In this document: positions 45,301 to 49,720 of the stretch, one piece after another
Position numbering within the stretch: the stretch's first letter is position 1
Layout: each line of letters starts with the position of its first letter
The notes under the pieces: model-generated
What the model saw: only the letters and a program-made list of their open reading frames with translations
Told to the model about the DNA's origin: nothing
The model's database searches: none
Made by a program: the position numbers and the translations under genes
Assembly: GCA_036785375.1 (NCBI GenBank)
Contig: JAWMAR010000430.1
Location: 1-64,000 of the forward strand
Reading direction: 5' to 3'
DNA: 64,000 nucleotides
Origin: Leucoraja ocellata
Taxonomy: Eukaryota

Positions 45301-45751
45301 TAAAGGAGATCTGAAGGACTGGTTGTTATCTGAAATAACATGTACGAAAAGGCGATGGAAACAGATAGAATTACAATGTTTAAGTGGCATTTGGACAGAT
45401 ACTTGGGGTCATCGTAGAGAGATACAGGAATAATTTAGGATTAGCATAGATACACATCACAGGCATGGATGAAAATGTCCATTTCTGTGCCATAAGATTG
45501 TGTTTTTTGATGTTAAGGTTCCACAGAACATTTGGTGTTGCAAGCAATAACAATTTGAATTATGGTTTATGTAATAAACCCAAGGTTTCTGGGATCAAAG
45601 TTTCGCAAAGGGTGTTAGATGTTTAAAGCGTTTTACAGGCAGCAATTGTTGATTTGTCAATTGTTGATCTTAAAATGTGAGATTGATTGCTCTCTGACCT
45701 CCAGAGGTATCAACAGATGAAGAAAATATGGAATCAGTTATGATACACTGA
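254..45751 (+). CDS. ARHGEF12: Rho guanine nucleotide exchange factor 12 (LARG), 5'-partial, 39 exons, about 1530 codons in window
   Basis: Hand-spliced exons are phase-compatible and stop-free. Translation gives PDZ (LVQRCVIIQRDENGFGLTVSGDNPVFVQSVKEDGAAVRAGVQQGDRIIKVNGTLVTHSNHVEVVRLIKSGSYVALTVLGRPPGSPQIPL), RH (CSCFQTIDLVKSRPAHL), DH (KRQEVINELFHTERAH; CRRLQLKDIIPTEMQRLTKYPLLL), PH (MIHEGPLTWRVNKDK) and a C-terminal coiled coil. GRPPGSPQIPL, HNQKVEILR and EQLSKATGS are LARG-like rather than ARHGEF11-like. Confidence 0.96.
1778..1876 (+). CDS. ARHGEF12: ARHGEF12 exon, PDZ part 1
   Basis: ccag/gtaa; LVQRCVIIQRDENGFGLTVSGDNPVFVQSVKE. Confidence 0.97.
2081..2130 (+). CDS. ARHGEF12: ARHGEF12 exon, PDZ part 2
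   Basis: gcag/gtgagg; DGAAVRAGVQQGDRIIK. Confidence 0.97.
2780..3040 (+). mobile_element. CR1 (HER1-like) LINE fragment
   Basis: Decayed ORF2 C-terminal motifs (ttggttaggctgcaatttgaatattgtgtgcagttttgg; agagatctgata). Confidence 0.7.
3335..3520 (+). mobile_element. Degenerate V-SINE fragment
   Basis: ttgatcctgacc...ttcctcccacgtcccaatgac...taggttaattgg. Confidence 0.6.
3719..3776 (+). CDS. ARHGEF12: ARHGEF12 exon, PDZ part 3
   Basis: gcag/gtaagt; VNGTLVTHSNHVEVVRLIK. Confidence 0.97.
3845..4249 (-). mobile_element. Tc1/mariner IR/DR-type terminal fragment
   Basis: Ends ...ccaaacattatggagggcattg|ta (reverse complement resembles CAGTGCCCTCCATAATGTTTGGG next to TA); internal direct repeat cccaaacattatgg at about 4026 and 4227; no partner end in window. 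Confidence 0.72.
5268..5563 (+). mobile_element. Full-length tRNA-derived V-SINE (HE1-like)
   Basis: A/B-box head (ggcacagtggcacagcagtag...ggtttgatcctg), V-domain (gcgtgggtttgctccggatgctccggtttcctcccaca), CR1-like tail ending (aaact)n. Confidence 0.88.
5672..5868 (+). CDS. ARHGEF12: ARHGEF12 exon, PDZ end and linker
   Basis: ccag/gtgagt; SGSYVALTVLGRPPGSPQIPL...ERITSPMPVA. Confidence 0.95.
6640..6714 (+). CDS. ARHGEF12: ARHGEF12 exon
   Basis: acag/gtatgt; EDNIVHNQKVEILRNMLGTELRQLE. Confidence 0.94.
7246..7365 (+). CDS. ARHGEF12: ARHGEF12 exon
   Basis: acag/gtgaga; QLKEKYTKNP...HIQQLQEQLSKATGSLQ. Confidence 0.94.
7708..7768 (+). CDS. ARHGEF12: ARHGEF12 exon, linker
   Basis: ttcag/gtgaga; DGSSAGRHSETLSIVERLTE; phase 0-1. 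Confidence 0.82.
9599..9684 (+). CDS. ARHGEF12: ARHGEF12 exon, linker
   Basis: tcag/gtgagc; DAGDWEHDLQSPSENTGSDRSRISFSRAE; phase 1-0 restores the frame. Confidence 0.8.
9715..10365 (+). mobile_element. CR1 (HER1-like) LINE 3' fragment
   Basis: ctggtgaggcctcaattggagtattgtg...agaaccagaggacataggtttaaggtgagagg...gctgaagggcctgtttcc tail. Confidence 0.85.
11205..11495. mobile_element. Mosaic of a CR1 3' end (+), a Penelope pLTR fragment (11363-11435) and a CR1 3' end (-)
   Basis: gaaggctgtggaggcc...ggggagaaggcaggagaatgg; gtagacacaaaatgctggagtaactcagcggg; ccattcctgcttttcccccc. Confidence 0.7.
11762..11896 (+). CDS. ARHGEF12: ARHGEF12 exon, linker
   Basis: ttgcag/gtatgg; SIISSPSPP...SSPKISPKDASSFCESMDVDENQDW. 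Confidence 0.85.
12140..12600 (-). mobile_element. Rex1/Babar-like LINE 3' end
   Basis: ttattgtcacatgtaccaaggtacagtgaaaa tail; ttcagttgtctgataacagttgggaagaaac, the reverse of the SFFPTVIRQLN C-terminal motif. Confidence 0.7.
12839..12928 (+). CDS. ARHGEF12: ARHGEF12 exon, acidic rgRGS N-terminal motif
   Basis: gaag/gtaagt; ...IIGAEDDDFDTEAEQ, the G-alpha13 GAP motif of RH-RhoGEFs. Confidence 0.93.
13012..13122 (+). CDS. ARHGEF12: ARHGEF12 exon, RH domain
   Basis: acag/gtaagg; TDVQCSCFQTIDLVKSRPAHLVAFLHHVVSQFEAAPL. Confidence 0.96.
13260..14350 (-). mobile_element. Rex1/Babar-like LINE fragment interrupted by a SINE
   Basis: ORF 13928..14212 NKLCLNASKTKKTMIDIRK...FKILGVNITSDLSWTSHINAMVKKA is a typical post-RT region. 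Confidence 0.85.
13377..13693 (-). mobile_element. Putative SINE with GC-rich head, internal 23-bp repeats and Rex-like tail, nested in the LINE
   Basis: Splits the LINE motif gaagaaactgtcc|ctgcatctggag; repeats cgatcgaarctcccrcgtygtga about 2.5 times; tail shared with the 12140 element. Confidence 0.6.
14380..14925. mobile_element. Decayed Penelope-like element: GIY-YIG C-terminus (-) plus an inverted 3' segment (+)
   Basis: ggagaattcaatgttcat (reverse of MNIEFS); the + part ends gatgctgcctgacctgctaagctcctccagca. Confidence 0.7.
15149..15247 (+). CDS. ARHGEF12: ARHGEF12 exon, RH domain
   Basis: tcag/gtgagt; LCYLYADLYHHTNSKDHRRIFLEFCHLFLEKGS. Confidence 0.96.
15640..15682 (+). CDS. ARHGEF12: ARHGEF12 exon, RH domain
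   Basis: ccag/gtaagt; NLKVHVPEWISTEL. Confidence 0.93.
17031..17133 (+). CDS. ARHGEF12: ARHGEF12 exon, RH domain
   Basis: tcag/gtaagc; ERRKGDQSEE...DVQTHLEDFR. Confidence 0.93.
17380..18555. mobile_element. CR1 ORF2/RT fragments, tail-to-tail (+ 17380-17720; - 17721-18555)
   Basis: ORFs 18141..18530 (KADKPPGPDGVHSRVLKEV), 17993..18193 (GNYRPVSLT...QHGFMKGKSYLTNLL) and 17495.. (MQGDLDRLGEWA..WQMQFNVDKCEVIHFG). Confidence 0.92.
18780..19730 (+). mobile_element. Decayed CR1 RT and 3' end, interrupted by a V-SINE
   Basis: ORF 18738..19022 FLEEVTK...VDVICMALTKAFDQVPRGSLIQRIKMHGI; 3' UTR gctgaagggcctgctcctgtgctg. Confidence 0.8.
19207..19530 (-). mobile_element. Full-length V-SINE (HE1-like) inserted into a CR1 fragment
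   Basis: Reverse complement of the 5268-5563 element; CR1 sequence on both sides. Confidence 0.85.
19968..20108 (+). CDS. ARHGEF12: ARHGEF12 exon, RH domain
   Basis: acag/gtaagt; QKRNMGMTIGENELAKLDAER...KERVCAEQLLQKIDEVL. Confidence 0.95.
20925..21425 (-). mobile_element. CR1 3' fragment
   Basis: ORF 21077..21379 QRRFTKILPGL...RLRGDLIEVYKIMRGIDRVD. Confidence 0.88.
21689..21721 (+). CDS. ARHGEF12: ARHGEF12 33-bp exon
   Basis: ttttag/gtaagt; ATLSPSEEEKS; phase 2-2. Confidence 0.88.
22116..22233 (+). CDS. ARHGEF12: ARHGEF12 exon, RH domain end
   Basis: gcag/gtatgt; NSVADVILIYMKQLGVKVKDSRNLD...FFPKKK. Confidence 0.95.
22595..23046. mobile_element. GC-rich foldback MITE-like element with nested inverted repeats
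   Basis: Outer arms 22595-22645 and 22988-23046; inner hairpin 22805-22983; no clear TSD. Confidence 0.7.
23266..23374 (+). CDS. ARHGEF12: ARHGEF12 exon
   Basis: acag/gtaagt; PSVKKEKE...KRFQSILDPIRRTSKQDRNA. Confidence 0.9.
23472..23663 (+). CDS. ARHGEF12: ARHGEF12 exon, linker
   Basis: tttag/gtaccc; IEKAKLLHQRQ...ISESDT; phase 1-1. Confidence 0.82.
24156..24297 (+). CDS. ARHGEF12: ARHGEF12 exon, linker
   Basis: tcag/gtgagt; ...TPKSAFELSTLDQVMEEDRESEK. Confidence 0.87.
24549..24596 (+). CDS. ARHGEF12: ARHGEF12 small exon
   Basis: ttcag/gtgagt; SLEISTPPCTPKPGRR; phase 2-2. Confidence 0.85.
25591..25781 (+). CDS. ARHGEF12: ARHGEF12 exon, DH N-terminal extension
   Basis: ctag/gtaagg; EQDPANWQQLVSRDVLSGLKPHEIKRQEVIN. 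Confidence 0.94.
26338..26481 (+). CDS. ARHGEF12: ARHGEF12 exon, DH domain
   Basis: gcag/gtaaat; ELFHTERAHIRMLKVLDVIFYQKM...IFSNLDEILQLH. Confidence 0.97.
27000..27450 (+). mobile_element. Old CR1 3' fragment
   Basis: gatctccttatcgcagagaagattaatg...ctgaaatgcactgcctgaaatgctggtggag...ggtctgaatgg. Confidence 0.6.
27536..27621 (+). CDS. ARHGEF12: ARHGEF12 exon, DH domain
   Basis: ccag/gtgagt; VSLNEQMRKVWKRNDNFVVDQIGEDLLSW. Confidence 0.96.
28140..28635 (+). mobile_element. Rex1/Babar-like LINE fragment
   Basis: aagttcctaggtataaatgtcaccaacaatttgtcctgg...aacttctacagatgccccgtagaaagtatccta. Confidence 0.72.
28831..28956 (+). CDS. ARHGEF12: ARHGEF12 exon, DH domain
   Basis: tcag/gtgaga; FSGSEEDRFKRAAATFCSNQPFALELIKSKQKKESKFQAIIQ. 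Confidence 0.97.
29961..30075 (+). CDS. ARHGEF12: ARHGEF12 exon, DH domain
   Basis: gcag/gtatgt; EAQSNPQCRRLQLKDIIPTEMQRLTKYPLLLENIAKNT. Confidence 0.97.
30275..30513 (+). mobile_element. 5'-truncated V-SINE
   Basis: V-domain and tail gggctgaagggtctgtttccgcgctgtatctctaaactaaa. Confidence 0.8.
30697..30803 (+). CDS. ARHGEF12: ARHGEF12 exon, DH end (alternative in-frame start 30703)
   Basis: cttag/gtgagt; EKKKVKQAAECCRQILNFVNQAVKEAENKQ. Confidence 0.93.
31595..31672 (+). CDS. ARHGEF12: ARHGEF12 exon, DH-PH linker
   Basis: tcag/gtgagt; RLEDYQRRLDLSGLKQSDYPLIEEFR. Confidence 0.97.
31807..31882 (+). CDS. ARHGEF12: ARHGEF12 exon, PH domain
   Basis: taag/gtgagt; SLDLTKRIMIHEGPLTWRVNKDKTI. Confidence 0.96.
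32931..33142. mobile_element. Older palindromic Penelope-derived element (inverted pLTR pair plus tail)
   Basis: agacacaaaatgctggagtaagtcagcg...cgctgagttactccagcattttgtgtct followed by ccagcatctgcagttccttcc. Confidence 0.8.
33751..33918 (+). CDS. ARHGEF12: ARHGEF12 exon, PH domain
   Basis: atag/gttagt; DLYTLLLEDILVLSQKQDERLVLKCHSK...HTFSPIIKLSAVLVREVAT. Confidence 0.97.
34578..34665 (-). mobile_element. Penelope pLTR fragment
   Basis: ggtagacaaaagtgctggagaaactcggcgggtgcagcagcatctatggagcg...caacgtttcg. Confidence 0.75.
34731..34818 (+). CDS. ARHGEF12: ARHGEF12 exon, PH domain
   Basis: tcag/gtaggt; DNKAFFVISMSADGAQIYELVAQTVSERKT. Confidence 0.97.
34995..35392 (-). mobile_element. CR1 3' fragment with 5' foldback
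   Basis: ggagcagaatcaggccatttggcccatc...ttggcctccacagcc...ttctgaggctatgacctctggtcctagact. Confidence 0.85.
35431..35655 (-). mobile_element. Truncated copy of the Harbinger-type MITE at 59811-60117
   Basis: Reverse-complement similarity to 59811-60065; keeps one TIR (gaactcgtaccatgggacagggct) followed by tta. Confidence 0.8.
35689..36050 (-). mobile_element. Penelope-like element 3' end (GIY-YIG C-terminus, 3' UTR, pLTR with hammerhead-like core)
   Basis: ORF 35712..35972 EEQHLIVRLGRLHPSGMNIDFSNVR; minus strand CTGAAGA-AGG-gtctcaa-CCT-GAAA at about 35757-35780. Confidence 0.85.
36261..36475. mobile_element. Palindromic Penelope-derived mini-element with 15-bp TSD
   Basis: TSD cattgttagctgttg at 36246-36260 and 36476-36490; about 37-bp tail then inverted arms of about 85 bp. 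Confidence 0.9.
36736..36816 (+). CDS. ARHGEF12: ARHGEF12 exon, PH end
   Basis: acag/gtaagt; WQYLITQTSGSIKAPSHHVAPEPPATE. Confidence 0.92.
37290..38690. mobile_element. Cluster of CR1 fragments in alternating orientation
   Basis: ORFs 37294..37524 (+; RRLRDEMIEVHNIM), 37786..38274 (+; MFTDDIKIG...EWQMEFNTNQCKVMHF) and 38347..38589 (-; YMYFSKASDKVP). Confidence 0.8.
39238..39335 (+). CDS. ARHGEF12: ARHGEF12 exon, C-terminal region
   Basis: gtag/gtacca; SEQEDEENLSTVQQGGSS...; phase 2-1 bridges its neighbours. Confidence 0.78.
39765..39910 (+). mobile_element. CR1 3' UTR fragment
   Basis: gattcttgattagtacaagtatcagaggttatggagagaaggcaggagaatgggg...gatgggcctgaatggcct. Confidence 0.8.
39924..40416. 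mobile_element. Intact non-autonomous hAT transposon (493 bp)
   Basis: TIRs (t)agggccggattta / taaatccggccctg; exact 8-bp TSD gtcatcag at 39916-39923 and 40417-40424. Confidence 0.9.
40480..40722 (+). CDS. ARHGEF12: ARHGEF12 exon, C-terminal region
   Basis: acag/gtaagt; GKEVDDPL...YSRAEAALIN; 243 bp open. Confidence 0.87.
41035..41490 (+). CDS. ARHGEF12: ARHGEF12 large exon, C-terminal region
   Basis: tttag/gttggt; LHSLKRLLSAHVVG...DRFYDAPEDHSDE...ARSS; lies inside ORF 40956..41501. Confidence 0.9.
41920..42179 (+). CDS. ARHGEF12: ARHGEF12 exon, start of coiled coil
   Basis: gcag/gtaata; GNFITLDEFPQTEGSSTDEVE...ILQLIHSIESDLKYLK. Confidence 0.92.
42821..43575 (+). mobile_element. CR1 3' fragment (about 690 bp) with 5' inverted duplication
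   Basis: ctagtgagaccacacttggagtattgtgtgcagttttggtctcc...gggtcgaatggcctactcctgcacctattgtctattg; arms 42821-42879 and 42890-42948. Confidence 0.9.
43669..43732 (+). CDS. ARHGEF12: ARHGEF12 penultimate exon, putative GC donor
   Basis: tttcag acceptor; ELELECHSQQVLELSATHEPT; ends CAG/gcaagt. Confidence 0.78.
44560..45500. mobile_element. Old CR1 fragments (- about 44560-44730; + about 44890-45500)
   Basis: ccagaactatacaaaatacttcagtgtggtctgaac; ttgggtcagatcacagttgcagtattgtgagcaactctgg; ggcacaggtttaaggtgagag. Confidence 0.65.
45705..45751 (+). CDS. ARHGEF12: ARHGEF12 putative last coding exon
   Basis: ctctctgacctccag acceptor; EVSTDEENMESVMIH-TGA; followed by long non-coding sequence that is largely free of recognisable TEs. 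Confidence 0.62.
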
Positions 45752-46809
45752 ATGACATAATAGGTATAAGGGGCAATATAAGCATACTGCTGTCTTTGTG
45801 TTCTTATGTTGAGAGAGAATTCCCCATGTTTCTTTTGCCTGAAATATCCAGTCAATTAATACTTTCCCCATTGGAAAAATCAGGAGCAAATGTTGAAATG
45901 AAAAATCCGCTGTGAAGAACTGTACACTGCACACCAAGGCCAACAGGCCCAGTCTCTGTCTCTGTGGATCCAATAATGACCAGAGCTGTAATAAATACTG
46001 TTGTGAGGAAACATGATTGGAGCATGACAATTTATTGGGTGATAGAGGGAGTCACTAAAATTAATTCTGAAAGTTATTTTCACCAAAGGGATAATGGAAT
46101 CGTGGAATACATGGAGTAAATTGAACAGAATGGATGGATCAAATGATGGGTTTGGGGAAATGGGGATAAGGGGCAAGTGAGCATGCACTATATTATGGGT
46201 TGTGTGTGAAACAATCTCTCTGCTTTGTTTACAGGAGATAGTTAATGGAGTTTGTTCTAAAGTGGAATCAAGCCAGGCTTGGTGATGGAACATATGGGTG
46301 CTTGGAGATGACCCCTTGAAGCTCCTGCTAGCTCTGGACTTTAGAGACATTTGTGGAACTGATTGTTTGTTCAAATGCCGCTGATTTCTGGGTCATTTTT
46401 GGGATGGTGTATCAGTGAGTCCTGCCTGTATTGGTGTGTCTTGCCAGTTATGGGTGCATCCCGGATTGGCCGATGAAATCGCCCTCCCACGTATGCACAC
46501 ACCTCTTTCAATTATAGAACTGATCTCGCTCTCCACATCTCCAAAAACCAAATGTACAGAAAATCAGCTTAGAGTTTGATGAAATCGAGATGTATTTATT
46601 TGTATTCACTTGCTATGATAAATGCAATTGTTTTGTTATAATTTTTATTTTCATAGCCTGTTTTAAGCTGATTTGCAGATGAAGATTAAGATCTGGTGAA
46701 TGCATGGAGCCCACGCGCTGAGTTCCAGCAATGGGGACAGTGGAATAGACAGCTGGGGGGTAAAGGAGAGTTACCATGTAATCAGGGTAAGAGAGTTATT
46801 ACACTGCTG

Positions 46810-47090
46810 GGGTGTGTGTGTGTGAAAAAGCTAGCGAGAGAGAGAGAGAGAGAGAGAAATAGTGTGTTTGTATCTGTGTGTGTCTTACTGTACTGATGGT
46901 GTATGCAAGAGGAGGCGAGAGAAAATTAGTTGCTCCATTAGGTAAGAGGGTTAAAGCACAGGGTGAGAGAGGGTGAGACGCTTCATGGGTTGAGTCAGTT
47001 ACTGGACTTCTGGAATTTGAGTGAATGTGAGAGAGCGAGCGAGCTAGTGCTCGGTATGTGTGTGAGAGAGAGAGAGAGAGCTAGTGCACA
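46810..47090. repeat. (TG)n/(GA)n compound microsatellites
   Basis: gtgtgtgtgtgtg...gagagagagagagagagagag at about 46812-46857 and 47057-47080. Confidence 0.85.
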
Positions 47091-48527
47091 GAGAATGCAA
47101 GGGAGAGCAGGTGCCTGGAGTGTGAGAGATGGAGCAAGCAGAGTTTACACGAAAGAGAGTTAGCGCACAGACTGCAAGACTGACAGCACAGCTGGGCTGT
47201 GAGAGAAGGTGTGTTATTACACAGTTCATTACTACAGCAAAGCTCTTGGTAGCTCAGTTAGGTTCAAGATCCACATTATATCTGCTGTTATGACCCTGAT
47301 CAGATGTAGAATCAGGGTTGTGGACCAAAGCTGCTTTGTAGCAAAACCTCCACTCAGAGCAAAGTACCAGGTGCAGGGACAGGGTGGTGTTTCTCTGCTG
47401 GAGAGCCGCTACCTCTCTAACTTGTCTTTACTCTGGGCACGCAGTGTGTTTGCAACATACAGTTTCTTATTCTTTGTTCTCTAAGTACTTGGCAAACACA
47501 TTCACCCCTCACATCCACACATCGCCAGGACTGTCGCGTCTTTTATTTTTCAGATGCTTATCTCTCACTGATACTGTGGTTTTGGAACAATTTGGTCACA
47601 AAATAGCAGAGCAGACTTCTGACACGAGATGTTGGAAATGTTGATGTGGTGGGCACTGGGTCTGGTTCATTCTGTACTGCCAGAATTGTGTTTATATAAT
47701 CGATTGATTTGCATTTAGAGCATCACCTCCCAGGATTAGTTTCTCCACACCACAAATAACCCCAACTTTCAATCATGTGGCTTCCTATATTCCATTTGGC
47801 AGAAACAGCAGCTGTAACTAAATCTACCGGGTAGCTGCTATTTCCATAGACCTGCAGTGTCCATCTCATAATTCCTGTCCCATTCAATATCAACCCTCAT
47901 CTCAGTGTTACACAGGGCTCGAGGGAGAAACTTAATTTTGGCGAGCCCATCAGGTGTGAATAACTGGAAATTACTGTCACCTAGTTCTTGCTGTTTGGTA
48001 CTGATGGTAAAGTGAACATAAAATCTGTTAACAAGGCACAAGACACCCTCCTGGTGGATATCAGTTCTAACTCTGACTAAAGCAGATACTTCAGACTCTC
48101 CAATAAATGTCCTCACACCACTCTTGCTTCTGAGATGATGCTGATTTGGTGTGAGTGCATGTCCTAACTTTACCTATTGCCCTGACGTGTACAGATCTGC
48201 TCTAGCTCCTGTTGTTGCCCTGTACATCACCCTGCGCAACACACTAACTCTGCTGCCTCCCCTAATCTATAGTTTTATTTGTCTCAAGTTTATGACATAT
48301 TTCAATTGGTTTTATCTAACTTTGTAAAATAGCATCTCGTTTAAGATTTAGCAATGATATTATGTTACTTGAAAAAAAAACAAATATAATTCTGTTTCTG
48401 GGATCTGGGTTTTAAAGAAATGTTTCATTATAATTAAATTGTTTCCGTATAATTAAAAAGCTGTGGCGGAAAGATTTGCTTTTGTTGTTTTTGACCTAAT
48501 ATGTGTTTGACTACTTGCTGAAAGCTA

Positions 48528-48706
48528 TGTAGACACAAGGAACTGCTGGTGCTGGTTTATAAAAAGGATACAAAGTACTGGAGTAACTTAGCAGATTGGG
48601 CACCATCTATAGAGAACATAGATGGGTGATGATTCTGGTTAGGACCCTACAATCCGTATAAATATCCCAACCTGAAATGTTGCCTGTCTGTGTTCCCTAG
48701 AGATGG
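48528..48706. mobile_element. Old palindromic Penelope-derived element
   Basis: gtagacacaaggaactgctggtgctgg...ctggagtaacttagc...cctgaaatgttgcctgtctgtgttccctagagatg. Confidence 0.7.
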
Positions 48707-49340
48707 AACGATGGCTAAGTTAGTCAAGGTATGGATATTGCATTCTGGTGTAAAACATTGTCTCCCTAACTTTGTAAAATAGCTTCCTGTCTCTCTGTGG
48801 CAGGTGTTTGTCAGACACCACATCCACCTGGGGCACAGATTCTTGGGAGAGAACTGGTTCCAGTTGCCCCACAAGTCCGGCTGGTACTGACCCATCGGGA
48901 TTAGGTGCAAGAGACAAACTGAAGGATGAGTTCCGCGGGCACCAACTATTTTACTGTGCCAAGCTTTGGCAATTGTGTTGCTGCAAGTTCCAGAATTTGA
49001 GGCATTTTTCCTCAATCCAGTCATTACTTTGGAATGTGCCGTAGACACGAAAGATTGATTTGGATCAAAATGATTTTAATACAAATCCTTGGAGCTGCAG
49101 TCACCTTTACATGGTGCAAATCCTGCAATCACTTTATGAAGGTACATCACCAAAAATAATAGTCAAAAATGTTCACATCATGTATGTGGAGAGATCACCT
49201 GGGAAGAATGTCAGCTATGTGTGTGTGGGGAGGGGGTTGTATGGCATAACTGTCCATGGAGCAAAGATCTCAATTTTGGTTAGTTGTTAAGCATTGAGCT
49301 CAAGATGGTTTGAATCGGAATGACCCTCAGTTCGATTGAC

Positions 49341-49355
49341 AATAAATCTTTTATT
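49341..49355. terminator. Back-to-back poly(A) hexamers (AATAAA on + at 49341-49346; AATAAA on - at 49355-49350)
   Basis: Sequence aataaatcttttatt; the minus hexamer is about 265 nt past the TECTA stop; U/GU-rich sequence follows the plus hexamer. Confidence 0.5.
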
Positions 49356-49619
49356 TCAATGTTTGTTACCCTAAACACAACAGTTCAAAAGTTGAAATCC
49401 TAAAACATACACCAGTCCTGGCTGTTTATATCAGGATAAAGAGTAAGTTCCAACTCTGTAAAAATACATGATACAGTCCAGATATTACAGTATTTCACTA
49501 CAAAAGCATTATTTAATTAAATAAAATTGGTCCCAAAAAAATATGAAATTGCAGTTGTTTGTTTAATTCTGGTCAATCCCACTGTAATCTTGCTCCCATG
49601 TCTGACTGCTCCATCTCTG

Positions 49620-49720
49620 CTACAGTTTCAGGTTTTGTGTGTTTACCAATAACCAACTAATGATCTGAGTGATCACCAAAAGCTGAGGCAGTATTGTTGG
49701 CTCACTGGAAGCGCTTAGAG
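49620..49720 (-). CDS. TECTA: TECTA last coding exon, GPI-anchor-like signal
   Basis: Long pyrimidine tract plus tag; [36 protein letters not shown]. Confidence 0.88.

Noticed and set aside
1778-45751. ARHGEF11 (PDZ-RhoGEF) as the identity of the + strand gene
   Set aside because: Diagnostic peptides (GRPPGSPQIPL, NWQQLVSR, FCSNQPFALE) and linkage to TECTA fit ARHGEF12.
48647-49048. 133-aa minus-strand ORF as a third gene between ARHGEF12 and TECTA
   Set aside because: No recognisable domain or supported splice structure; it runs into a Penelope remnant.
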